Shown here piece by piece: positions 46,502-55,699 of a stretch of DNA of 64,000 bases. Source of the stretch: Bacteriovorax stolpii (GTDB lineage: Bacteria; Bdellovibrionota; Bacteriovoracia; Bacteriovoracales; Bacteriovoracaceae); the NCBI GenBank assembly GCA_945905815.1, contig CAMDQH010000008.1:3126-67125 (forward strand), written 5' to 3'. The notes beneath the pieces are model-generated. The model searched no databases and had not been told where the DNA came from. It saw nothing but the letters and a program-made list of their open reading frames with translations. The stretch's first letter is position 1; each line of letters starts with the position of its first letter. Position numbers and translations under genes: made by a program.

Positions 46502-47262
46502 TGGTTTTGCCTTATAATAAAGACTCGGGAGTCTAATAATCTGTCCGAGTTTACGTAATCATTTTCTAATATATCTTTTCTTGAAACAAGACCCTGGATT
46601 TCAATGGATTGTTTTTCCTTTTTGAAAATAACATCCTTTCTACCGCGAAGAAGGATATAGTCTTTACTAATTTCCTCCATTACTGTTCCAGAAATCTTAT
46701 CATAAACTTTCATGTCTATTTCGTCTTCTTTAGGCGCTGCAGTTGCTGCCTGAGCTGAAGCTGCCGGATTTTTATCATCTTTCTTTCCAGCATTGGTAAC
46801 TTTTTTAGGCCGATCAGGAAATACACGTTTCAACTCAGATGAAATTTGATTTCTTAGGCTTTCTAAAACATTAATGATCACCATGTCGCCAGTGTGTTTA
46901 TCATTTTGATACGTAAACAGTGAAGAACTCGCTCCCTGATTGGCCCATAAGCTACCCCCACTGCCTGCGTCTACGAAGTCATCTGCTTTGTAACGTTGTG
47001 GACGATATTCACGTTTTACAGGTGGTTTTAATTGACCGGATGGCCCCCCATCGCTCATAGAAAAAGTACGAGGATCTTTTATGGGACGCTTGTCGCCATT
47101 GACGTCAAAGCGATTTTTATAAGGAGCATAATGTTCACGCATACCTTGTCTCGTATCACCCTGAGCTACTTTATCTTCACGATCAATTTGTCGGTGAATA
47201 TTATTTACGTAGTTGGAGCATGAAGTGAAAATAAAAAGAAAACTGAGAATTAAAATTTTCAT
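46498..47262 (-). CDS. flgH: flagellar L-ring lipoprotein FlgH
   Basis: 254 aa. Lipobox IFTSC and GSLWANQGASSSLF...HTGDMVIINVLES. Confidence 0.85.
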   Translation of the reverse strand: MKILILSFLFIFTSCSNYVNNIHRQIDREDKVAQGDTRQGMREHYAPYKNRFDVNGDKRPIKDPRTFSMSDGGPSGQLKPPVKREYRPQRYKADDFVDAGSGGSLWANQGASSSLFTYQNDKHTGDMVIINVLESLRNQISSELKRVFPDRPKKVTNAGKKDDKNPAASAQAATAAPKEDEIDMKVYDKISGTVMEEISKDYILLRGRKDVIFKKEKQSIEIQGLVSRKDILENDYVNSDRLLDSRVFIIRQNQ

Positions 47263-48134
47263 AATTCGACTAACACTTTGTTAATATCAATGACTTTACC
47301 AAGATATTTTTTATTTTTTTGAGGATGGTAGACTTCAACCAATTCACCTATTGTTCCGTTGCTTCGACTTATACCCTGAGTTTTTATACGCACCATCTGG
47401 TTTTCTAAAACCACGTCAGTTTTAAGGCCGGCTCGCACTAGATTGATTGCATTTAAGTCGGAAGCTTTTAGGATTTCACCAGCTTTAATTGGCTTGTTCG
47501 TTTTGTAGAACTTCAAGCTCTCCATATCAGTAATGATATCTGTATGAGGTATTGATTCTATATATTCTTCTTTAAGAATATCAGAATCATTTAATGAACT
47601 AAATGAAGCAAGCGGAGAAGTTAGCCTATAAGCTTTTACCATTTTTTTAAAATCAGCAGTCGCTAATACTGATTGCCTTGTGCCATCAAAACCTATAATT
47701 GTTACATTTAAAGGCTGTTGAATCCCGTAAAGACAAGCAGAACAACTTATTTCAATCTTGTCTCCTGCAGAAAGTGACAAGATTCCCGGCATATTAACTG
47801 ATGCTGTTTCCTTGACCTGAACGCCAGCTGGCAAAGGTATTTGATCTCGTATCATTGCTCGAAATTGATGGACAACGACGGATAAAGGCATAATTTGTAA
47901 ATTATGGCCTCTCATACCCATCATTTCTTTTAATTGATAAGATGCAATTCTACCCTGAAGACTTGTTACTATCTGGTGAAGGTCATCAGTAACATTGGAG
48001 TTACAGTCTTTAGTTTTATAAACGTTCTCACCGCTCTTATCATTGCTAAACACAACCATTTGGTAGGGAAGTTCAACCTCACATGAGAAGGCTGATTGAA
48101 TTATGAGGGTTAAAAAAAATAGCGCATATTTCAT
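47259..48134 (-). CDS. flgA: flagellar P-ring assembly chaperone FlgA
   Basis: 291 aa with a signal peptide and a C-terminal SAF-like segment (IKAGEILKASDL...VRAGLKTDVVL...GTIGELVEV). Located between flgG and flgH. Confidence 0.72.
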   Translation of the reverse strand: MKYALFFLTLIIQSAFSCEVELPYQMVVFSNDKSGENVYKTKDCNSNVTDDLHQIVTSLQGRIASYQLKEMMGMRGHNLQIMPLSVVVHQFRAMIRDQIPLPAGVQVKETASVNMPGILSLSAGDKIEISCSACLYGIQQPLNVTIIGFDGTRQSVLATADFKKMVKAYRLTSPLASFSSLNDSDILKEEYIESIPHTDIITDMESLKFYKTNKPIKAGEILKASDLNAINLVRAGLKTDVVLENQMVRIKTQGISRSNGTIGELVEVYHPQKNKKYLGKVIDINKVLVEL

Positions 48135-48137
48135 ATT

Positions 48138-48923
48138 TTATCTTATGTTGTTAACGGTTTGTAACATTTGATCTGCGACGCCCATAACTTTTGAATTCAT
48201 TTCATAAGCACGCTGCGCCTTAATCAAATCAGTCATTTCATTCATCACGTTAACGTTTGAAGTTTCAATTGCTCCTTGCATGAGCATGCCTGAACCATTC
48301 TGGCCTGGAATGTTTTGCATTGCTTGCCCACTTCCAGCAGTTGCTCCCATAAGGTTTCCACCCTCCGAACGAAGTCCAACCGGATTAACAAATGTAAATA
48401 TTGGTACCTGCCCAAGATTAATTGGTTCGACTGATTCTCGTGTAAAGGCTTCTACATTTCCGTTCTCTGAAATACTAATTTTCATAATATTTGGTGGAAC
48501 GACGATACCAGGAAAAACTTTATGCCCAGCACGAGTGACCATGTTACCTTGAGAATCAACGTTGAAGCTTCCATCTCTAGTGTATTTAAGTTCACCAGTT
48601 GGACCAATAATTCCTAAAAACCCTTCACCATTAACCATTATGTCATATGGGTTATTAGTCATCTGGGGTGAACCTTGAGAATGAATCTTTCTTGTTGCAG
48701 AAACTTTTGCTCCGGACCCGACTTGAAGGCCAACATTATATTCAGAATTTGCAGATGATTTAGCTCCGGCCTCTTGTACTGTTTCATACAAAAGATCATC
48801 AAACTCTGTTCTATCTTTTTTAAAACCAGTCGTATTCACGTTCGCAATATTGTTGGATATTGTGTTTACGTTTGATTCTTGTGCGGCCATTCCCGTCGCC
48901 GCAGTGTGGAGTGCGCGAATCAT
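48138..48923 (-). CDS. flgG: flagellar distal rod protein FlgG
   Basis: 261 aa. MIRALHTAATGMAAQESNVNTISNNIANVNTTGFKK and C-terminal SNVNVMNEMTDLIKAQRAYEMNSKV. Confidence 0.92.
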   Translation of the reverse strand: MIRALHTAATGMAAQESNVNTISNNIANVNTTGFKKDRTEFDDLLYETVQEAGAKSSANSEYNVGLQVGSGAKVSATRKIHSQGSPQMTNNPYDIMVNGEGFLGIIGPTGELKYTRDGSFNVDSQGNMVTRAGHKVFPGIVVPPNIMKISISENGNVEAFTRESVEPINLGQVPIFTFVNPVGLRSEGGNLMGATAGSGQAMQNIPGQNGSGMLMQGAIETSNVNVMNEMTDLIKAQRAYEMNSKVMGVADQMLQTVNNIR

Positions 48924-48938
48924 ATAATATCCCCTTGC

Positions 48939-49781
48939 TTAAAATTTACCAATTTCGTTTGCAGCTTTACCTGAGATGCTATCGTATGCATTAATGGCTT
49001 TTTGAATTGATTCGAAATGGCGATGAGCTTGAATAAGGTCCGACATTTCTTCAATTGCATTTACGTTTGAGCCCTCAAGAAAACCTTGATTTACTGTAGT
49101 TTTAATATCAGTTCTAATGACGTTTGCTTCATCTGGTGTGATAAAGAGCGAATTGCCTTCTTTTTTAAGAGCATGCTTATCTGCGAATTCGACAATAGAA
49201 AGTTTTCCGATGGAACCACCTTTAGTAAGTAGTTCGCCGTCTAAAGAGACTGTAAGCTTAGAATTTGTTGGAATCTTTACAACGCGATCTTCTGGCTTTG
49301 GAAAAGAGTTTATGGAAGCTGGATCTCTAAGGGCTTCAGATGTTGCCTCAAGAGCTCCTAAAACTTTAAACCCTTGATCCGTTACAAGTTCGCTCTCGCG
49401 ATTTATAGATAAATTTCCTTTTCTGGTAAACCGCACTCCTGTTGGGGTGAGAACCTCGAGAAATCCTTCGCCTTTAAGTGCAACATCCAGCGGATTACTG
49501 GTAGGAATAAACTGACCTTGTTCATGAATCGTAAAGTTTCCGTCAACTGCTACCATGGCGTTTTCTGCACCTTGTGTATGATAAAAATCTGCAGGAGAAA
49601 ATTCTTTTCGGGGAATATCTATATCTTGCACGCCTTGTGTGAAGGCAGTTAGATGTTCTTTAAAAACAAGCTGATCTTTTTTAAAACCAACAGTATTAGC
49701 ATTCGCTACATTGTTAGCAATTGTTTCAACTTTACGTTGCTGGGCCAATTGGCCTGATAGTGGTACCCAAATATTACTCAT
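48939..49781 (-). CDS. flgF: flagellar proximal rod protein FlgF
   Basis: Rod-protein N-terminus (IANNVANANTVGFKKD) and C-terminus (SNVNAIEEMSDLIQAHRHFES). ATG 49781 has a GAAGGAGA SD. The track extension to TTG 49838 overlaps the sigma-54 promoter, so I trimmed it. Confidence 0.85.
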   Translation of the reverse strand: MSNIWVPLSGQLAQQRKVETIANNVANANTVGFKKDQLVFKEHLTAFTQGVQDIDIPRKEFSPADFYHTQGAENAMVAVDGNFTIHEQGQFIPTSNPLDVALKGEGFLEVLTPTGVRFTRKGNLSINRESELVTDQGFKVLGALEATSEALRDPASINSFPKPEDRVVKIPTNSKLTVSLDGELLTKGGSIGKLSIVEFADKHALKKEGNSLFITPDEANVIRTDIKTTVNQGFLEGSNVNAIEEMSDLIQAHRHFESIQKAINAYDSISGKAANEIGKF

Positions 49782-49833
49782 TGTCTCCTTCGTCCTGATG
49801 GAGTGGGCTAAAAATGCCCTCATAGGCAATTTT

Positions 49834-49849
49834 AGCAACCCCTGTGCCA
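49834..49849 (-). promoter_or_regulatory. sigma-54 (RpoN) promoter TGGCAC-AGGGG-TTGCT upstream of flgF
   Basis: The minus strand reads cTGGCACaggggTTGCTaaaa. This matches the TGGCAC-N5-TTGCW consensus at every fixed position, and the -12 element lies about 50 nt upstream of the flgF ATG. Confidence 0.65.
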
Positions 49850-49958
49850 GAAACCTAGCAGGGCAATTTACTCCATTGCAATATAAGTGTCTGATACCTT
49901 GTCGAATGCCGGATGCATATGGGACGATATGGGTGTCAAAACGACAACGGAGATCTTT

Positions 49959-50177
49959 ATGACCGGCAAAACTGACACAGATTTTGAGGCCTCACTAAAA
50001 AAACTTGAACAAATTGTCCGAGAACTTGAGTCGGGTGATACGAGTTTAAATGAAAGTTTAAATCAATTTGAGGAAGGCATCGTCTTGTATAAGCAATGTC
50101 GACAGACTCTTGAAGGTGCTGAGAAAAAAATTAAGATCTTGAGTGATAGCCTCAAAGAAATTGATTATAAAGAGTAA
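49959..50177 (+). CDS. xseB: exodeoxyribonuclease VII small subunit
   Basis: FEASLKKLEQIVRELESGDTSLNESLNQFEEGIVLYKQCRQTLEGAEKKIKIL is typical XseB. Trimmed to ATG 49959 (72 aa) from the track start 49887. Confidence 0.85.
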   Translation: MTGKTDTDFEASLKKLEQIVRELESGDTSLNESLNQFEEGIVLYKQCRQTLEGAEKKIKILSDSLKEIDYKE

Positions 50178-50235
50178 TTCTTTCATTCTGCTCAAAAAGC
50201 CTTAAAATACTCATCAAAGCTGTTCAAACGAAGGA

Positions 50236-52962
50236 ATGTTCTTGAAACGTTTAGTGAAAACTCTCGCAGTTCTAGCGGCCCTTGCCCTTTTGGGGATAAT
50301 TGCCGTATTTGGGATGTTCTTTTTTATCTCCCATGACTTACCCCAAATTAATTCACTTAAAGATTATAACCCTCCAATGAATTCAAGGATTATGTCCCGT
50401 GATAATGAAGTTTTATTGGAGATCGGAAATGAAACTAGGGACGTTGTTCCTTTTGATAAAATTCCAAAAAGAGTAGTGGATGCATTCTTAGCAGCAGAAG
50501 ATGACAACTTTTATAATCATGAAGGCATTGATTACGTAGGTATCTTGCGTGCATTTATTGTAAATTTAAGAGAGGGTAGACTTGTTCAGGGTGGATCTAC
50601 AATTACTCAACAGGTGGCAAAGTCATTTCTTTTAACAAAAGAAAGAACAATTTCCCGAAAAATAAAAGATCTATTGTTGGCGCGCAAAATTGAACAAAAG
50701 TTTACTAAAGAGGAAATTCTTTTTCTCTATCTTAACCAAGTGTATTTAGGTGGTGGTTACTATGGAGTGAAAGCTGCTTTTAAAGGCTATTTTGATAAAA
50801 CTCTTGAAGCAGCAACTCCTGCGGAGTGTGCTTTAGTCGCAGGTCTTTTAGTGGCCCCAGGTAGATATTCACCATACGTAAACCCTCAGTACGCGAAAGT
50901 ACGTCAGAATTACGTTTTAAGGAGAATGTTCGATACTAAGAAAATTAATGAAGAAGAGTATCAGTCCGGACTCAAAGAAAACCTTAAAATGCGGATAAGA
51001 ATTACCAATGAGTTAAAAGGTGGACATTTTACTGATTGGATTCTTCAAGAAGTGATGAAATCAGTTGGAAGTGATGAATTTCTAACACAAGGTTTTACGG
51101 TTAATACAACAATGGACTGGAGCCTTCAAAAAAATGCAGAGAAAGTAGTTAAAGAGCGAGTTAAAGAGCTAGATAAAAGACAGGGTTTTAAAGGTGGAGT
51201 TAGAAACTTAAAAGATGATGTTGAGATAACTCAGTTTATTACTGAGCAACGCAAGAAGATTTTACGTGATCAGTCATCATTCTTCACATTTGATGTGTCG
51301 GGAAAAAATATTTATGAATTTCATGAAGATGAAGATGCCCTTCAAAAAAACCTATCATACTTTGAAGAGGAAAAATCAAAATTAAATGAAAGATTTAAAA
51401 GTGTAATAGATATAGGAAATGCACAGTCAGATTCATTTAGCGATTTTTTACAAATTAATAAAACCTATTCTGCTGTGGTTCTAGAAGTGGACGATCTAAA
51501 AAGAATAATTCTTGCTGAAATAGCAGGAGCGAGAGTCATAATTCCTGAAGGCGGTTTTTCGTGGGCACATGAAAGGAAGTTTGGAGAAAATGCAGTTTAT
51601 TTTGGACCTCAGAAAACACCATCAAAGATTGTTAAGAGAGGCGATGTAATATTGGTATCTATTCAAAAAAAAGGGATTGGTTCTGATCAGTTAGTCCATT
51701 TAGATTTTTTGAAAAAATTTAAAGATCCTTCAATTAAGAACCTACTTTCAAAAAATAAATTTTTAGAAGGTGCTCTGGATCAAGAACCAGAGGTAGAGGG
51801 CGCTCTAATTGCATTGAATGTAACAAATGGCGAAATTATTTCAATGGTTGGGGGAGTGGATTTTCAAAAATCACAGTTTAATCGCGTGATTCAATCGTCA
51901 AGACAGCCTGGTTCTGCATTTAAACCATTTATTTATGCTGCAAGCTTAGAGAATGGTTATAACCCCTCATCCATATTGATGGACACTCCTCAGGCACTTG
52001 GGGGAGTTGATGATTCTTTAAGTTGGAAACCACGCAACTATGATGGAGATTTTAAAGGGCCTATGACTTTAAGAAATGCACTTGAGGTTAGCCGTAATAT
52101 TCCAACAGTTCGATTAGTACAGGATCTTGGAGTTGATAAAATTCATAGTTTTGTAAATCGGTTTCATATGCAAACGGAATTACCAAAAGATATGAGTCTT
52201 TCTCTAGGCTCATTTGGAATTAGTTTGGTTGAATTGACTAAGGCCTATGCAATTTTTCCAAGCGGAGGAAGGGCAGTGAGACTTCACCATATTACATCAA
52301 TCAGGGATAGAGGTGGAAAGTCCTATACTATTCCTGCAGCAGATCCAGCCTGGCCGACGCAATCTGAGGTTGAGGCTGCTCCTAAAGAGGAAAACCAGGC
52401 TGCTGAAGTTGAAAGAAAATCGGGTAATCCTTTTCTCACAAATTTAAATGCTACACAAGTTTTGGATCCAAGAGTCGCCTATATAATGACTAATCTTTTA
52501 AGAGGCGTCACTTTGTATGGGACTGGCGCAGCAGCAGGTAAGGCATTGGGTGTGAATATAGGTGGTAAAACAGGAACCACAAATAATTATGTAGATGCTT
52601 TATTTGTAGGTTTTTCTTCAAATGTAGTAGTTGGCGCTTGGGCAGGCTTTGATGATAATCGGTCACTAGGTCATGGAGAAACAGGCGCAAGATCTGCACT
52701 TCTAATGTGGATTGATTATATGTCCTCAGCAATTAATAAGTTTGGTTCACCAGAGTTTAAAGTTCCTGAAGGCATAACAAACATATTAGTTAATAAAGAA
52801 ACAGGTAAACCACTAGTTCCAGGTGCTACAGATGGATTTTTAGAATCATTTGCGGAAGGTTTTGATCCAAGTTCAGCTCCTCAATCATTTGAGCAAGGAG
52901 ATCAACAATCAGGAACAACTCCTCCAAGTATGGAAGATGACGACTATTTCTTGAATCAGTAA
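50236..52962 (+). CDS. mrcA: class A penicillin-binding protein (PBP1A; glycosyltransferase + transpeptidase)
   Basis: 908 aa. GT51 motifs (FLAAEDDNFYNHEGID, GGSTITQQVAK, RKIKD), then transpeptidase SxxK (QPGSAFKP) and KTGTT. The start may be TTG 50242 for better SD spacing. Confidence 0.9.
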   Translation: MFLKRLVKTLAVLAALALLGIIAVFGMFFFISHDLPQINSLKDYNPPMNSRIMSRDNEVLLEIGNETRDVVPFDKIPKRVVDAFLAAEDDNFYNHEGIDYVGILRAFIVNLREGRLVQGGSTITQQVAKSFLLTKERTISRKIKDLLLARKIEQKFTKEEILFLYLNQVYLGGGYYGVKAAFKGYFDKTLEAATPAECALVAGLLVAPGRYSPYVNPQYAKVRQNYVLRRMFDTKKINEEEYQSGLKENLKMRIRITNELKGGHFTDWILQEVMKSVGSDEFLTQGFTVNTTMDWSLQKNAEKVVKERVKELDKRQGFKGGVRNLKDDVEITQFITEQRKKILRDQSSFFTFDVSGKNIYEFHEDEDALQKNLSYFEEEKSKLNERFKSVIDIGNAQSDSFSDFLQINKTYSAVVLEVDDLKRIILAEIAGARVIIPEGGFSWAHERKFGENAVYFGPQKTPSKIVKRGDVILVSIQKKGIGSDQLVHLDFLKKFKDPSIKNLLSKNKFLEGALDQEPEVEGALIALNVTNGEIISMVGGVDFQKSQFNRVIQSSRQPGSAFKPFIYAASLENGYNPSSILMDTPQALGGVDDSLSWKPRNYDGDFKGPMTLRNALEVSRNIPTVRLVQDLGVDKIHSFVNRFHMQTELPKDMSLSLGSFGISLVELTKAYAIFPSGGRAVRLHHITSIRDRGGKSYTIPAADPAWPTQSEVEAAPKEENQAAEVERKSGNPFLTNLNATQVLDPRVAYIMTNLLRGVTLYGTGAAAGKALGVNIGGKTGTTNNYVDALFVGFSSNVVVGAWAGFDDNRSLGHGETGARSALLMWIDYMSSAINKFGSPEFKVPEGITNILVNKETGKPLVPGATDGFLESFAEGFDPSSAPQSFEQGDQQSGTTPPSMEDDDYFLNQ

Positions 52963-52992
52963 TATTTTTTGTGAAACCGCCGAATATGCTTT

Positions 52993-53538
52993 ATGACATC
53001 AAGGCATGTGCACATTATATATTTGTCGTTACTAAGCTTATCTCTTTTGGGTTATATAGTCCCTGATAAGCATTCAGCATCAACATCAGCAGCAGAAAGA
53101 TCACCTGCTTCTCTGAATTCCAAAATGATCGGAAATTTAGAAAAAGTCCATGTAGGAGAGGATCGGGATCTCCAATATTATGCAAAAATTGATTCAGGTG
53201 CTGAGTCGTCTTCTATACACGCCAAAAACATTTCAACATTCGAAAAGCTAGAAAATGGTCGCCCCGTTTCCTACGTAAAATTTGAAACAACTGATGAGAA
53301 TTCATTTCATAAAACAATGGTGAGGCCGATTGTAAAGGTAGATGAAGTACGAAGCGCCCTTGGTTCTAATTTACGCTATTTTATTCGCGAAAAAGTTTGG
53401 ATTGGTGATTCGTCTTACTACGTTAATGTTAATCTCGCTGATAGATCAAGATTAAAAAGAAAATTTTTAATTGGTAAAAATATTTTGGACGAGAACTATA
53501 TTATTAATACAAACGAAGTTTCCCTCACATCTCATTAA
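52993..53538 (+). CDS. retropepsin-like aspartic endopeptidase domain protein (RimB / putative ATP-dependent zinc protease family) with N-terminal signal/anchor
   Basis: 181 aa. YAKIDSGAESSSIHA carries the D-S-G-A signature. Hydrophobic N-terminus IIYLSLLSLSLLGYIV. Confidence 0.6.
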   Translation: MTSRHVHIIYLSLLSLSLLGYIVPDKHSASTSAAERSPASLNSKMIGNLEKVHVGEDRDLQYYAKIDSGAESSSIHAKNISTFEKLENGRPVSYVKFETTDENSFHKTMVRPIVKVDEVRSALGSNLRYFIREKVWIGDSSYYVNVNLADRSRLKRKFLIGKNILDENYIINTNEVSLTSH

Positions 53539-53946
53539 TTTCTTATTCCTCTTATGATGTCATCCCTGCTAAGGTCGATGAGATACCATAATGTTCGACG
53601 GAGACAAAGGAAGAGCATGACCTTTTACTTTCAAACTTCGCTCACATTGATGAATGTAATTAAAAAAAGTTTTACTCATGTTCCAGAAACAGCAAAAAAT
53701 TCAGAGAATGAAACTTTTAATAAAAAGCTGGAAGATAAAATTTCTGCAGATGTAAAACAAAAAGTGGGATTCTGGGATGCCCTTGGAGGATGGCTTTGAC
53801 CCATGACTGTTATGCCAATAATACCTAATGAAATTCCCCATCTTTCCGACGCATCTCCTCAGGATCAAAGGGCAAAATACTCCTCTCAAACTGCGCTTTA
53901 AGAAAGTCCTGCTAAATGCCGAAAGGACTCTTATATGGAGGCAAGA

Positions 53947-54849
53947 ATGGATTCTCTCTCCCGTGGTAATCGAAAATTTTATATATTCTTGGGAGCAATT
54001 CTTTTTGTTCATGTTGCGCTTATGGCGACTAAAATCCGTGATCATTTATCTGCTACATCTTTTACCCCCTCTGTTAAATCAATTAAGGTACGACTGGTCC
54101 AGGAAGCCCTAAAGGAAATGGCCCTTTCACAAAAAAGACAAATTGTTCAATCAGAAGATTCAGAATCGACTGATAAAAAGAAAGATGCTTTTTTGGGCGA
54201 AAAAGACAGAAGCTTTGATCGCCAAACAGTGGCAAAGAATATCGATACTTTTAAGCGGGCCGCTCAGGGTGATTCAAGCGTGACACAGAAATCACAAACC
54301 AAAGTTTCTGAGGTAAAAAAGAAAGCTGATATAAAAAATTTAAAGCTTTCAGATTTTGGAATAGCCTCGGGAGACCCAACACCCCATAAATTATCCCGTT
54401 CTCCAGCAAGTGAATCAGTAAAAGGCATGAAAAATGGCGATCCATTTGCGCAAGGCCTATCCGCAACCAATGATTACGTAGAAGAAGTAACGTTAGGTGA
54501 TTTTACGCATCTGAATACAGTTGAATATAAATTTTATGGCTTTTACCACCGTATCCGCCAAAAACTAGAGCAGTTTTGGGGCAAAAGTATCCAAGACAAA
54601 GCGGAATCTATTTTTCGCTCGGGACGTCGTTTGCCGGCAAGTGATAATCTCATTACTTCTCTTCAAGTTACCTTAAATGAAAAAGGCGAAATTGTTCACG
54701 TGAAAATTCTCGGAGCTTCAGGTGTAAAAGAGCTTGATGATGCTGCAATTGAATCATTTAATCAGGCCGGTCCATTTCCAAACCCACCAAAAGAATTACT
54801 TGTTAATGGTAAGGCCACAATTGATTGGGGATTTGTTGTTAAATCTTAG
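53947..54849 (+). CDS. TonB-family protein (C-terminal TonB domain)
   Basis: N-terminal TM helix (FYIFLGAILFVHVALMA) and a C-terminal domain ...GVKELDDAAIESFNQAGPFPNPPKELL.... ATG 53947 has a GGAGG SD, whereas the track start is 53935. Confidence 0.65.
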   Translation: MDSLSRGNRKFYIFLGAILFVHVALMATKIRDHLSATSFTPSVKSIKVRLVQEALKEMALSQKRQIVQSEDSESTDKKKDAFLGEKDRSFDRQTVAKNIDTFKRAAQGDSSVTQKSQTKVSEVKKKADIKNLKLSDFGIASGDPTPHKLSRSPASESVKGMKNGDPFAQGLSATNDYVEEVTLGDFTHLNTVEYKFYGFYHRIRQKLEQFWGKSIQDKAESIFRSGRRLPASDNLITSLQVTLNEKGEIVHVKILGASGVKELDDAAIESFNQAGPFPNPPKELLVNGKATIDWGFVVKS

Positions 54850-55127
54850 TTGGGCGGAGTTCTGAGAAGATTCTTTAAACGATCAATGCCTTCCATTACA
54901 ACATAATCAGTCCATATAGAATCTAACTCGCGTATAGCTTCAACAACCTGAAGGGCCGCTTGATCACGAGAGATTTTTTGAGTCTCAGCGTATTGTGAAA
55001 TAGTTTTATTCAAAATTTCGATTACGGGAGAATTGCAAACTTGATTCAATCTTTCTTCAAAAGATTGAGTTACTTTTTTCTCTTTGCTTTTGATGATTGC
55101 AGTATTTAAAAGCTGAATAGATTCCAT
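54846..55127 (-). CDS. hypothetical small helical protein
   Basis: 93 aa ORF with no motif. Its stop overlaps the TonB-family stop. Confidence 0.4.
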   Translation of the reverse strand: MESIQLLNTAIIKSKEKKVTQSFEERLNQVCNSPVIEILNKTISQYAETQKISRDQAALQVVEAIRELDSIWTDYVVMEGIDRLKNLLRTPPN

Positions 55128-55309
55128 TAAATAAATTCCTCAAAATCTTCAATGCCTGTGGAGCTGCAGTATCTATAAAACTTGGCCTTTCGTAAAGATA
55201 GAATTAATTTTAATGCAAATTTTTTACGATGAATTTCTGCGAACGCCGTAGAATGCAGGAAGGCCAAATAAAATTTTAAATTTTAATGTGATGCCTTCCT
55301 GTTTAGGTA

Positions 55310-55699
55310 TTAATGAGAGGTGTTACAAAACTCTTGATATTGCTCTGCCGATAAAAGTTTATTTATTTCAGAATGATCTTTCATCTTGACTTTAATTAGC
55401 CACGATCCGTAAGCGTCTTGATTAATTTTTTCTGGCGATGCTTCAACATCGTTATTTTTTGCAATAACTTCACCTGAAATTGGAGAATAAAGATCACTGA
55501 CAGATTTGATAGATTCAACAACGCCGAAAGTTGCACCAACCTTAAGATCTGCTCCAACTTCTGGAACTTCCACGAAAACAATGTCACCCAATGCTGATTG
55601 AGCGAAGTCAGTAATTCCAATTGTTACGATGTCGCCCTCTGTTAGGGTCCATTCATGCTCTTTTGTGTAATTTAAATTTGATGGGATATTCGTGCTCAT
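55310..55699 (-). CDS. gcvH: glycine cleavage system protein H
   Basis: 129 aa with the lipoyl-lysine motif VESIKSVSDLYSP. Confidence 0.93.
   Translation of the reverse strand: MSTNIPSNLNYTKEHEWTLTEGDIVTIGITDFAQSALGDIVFVEVPEVGADLKVGATFGVVESIKSVSDLYSPISGEVIAKNNDVEASPEKINQDAYGSWLIKVKMKDHSEINKLLSAEQYQEFCNTSH

Noticed and set aside
49782-49838. 19-codon N-terminal extension of FlgF in the ORF track
   Set aside because: The TTG start lies inside the -12 element of the sigma-54 promoter. The downstream ATG has a strong SD and gives a canonical rod-protein N-terminus.
53701-54112. Minus 114-aa and plus 94-aa ORFs around the TonB-family gene start
   Set aside because: They overlap each other and the better-supported TonB-family ORF. 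Their C/R/F-rich products look like noise.
55240-55300. 9-bp inverted repeat CAGGAAGGC ... GCCTTCCTG downstream of gcvH
   Set aside because: The loop is about 28 nt and no T run follows on the gcvH strand, so this is not a convincing intrinsic terminator.
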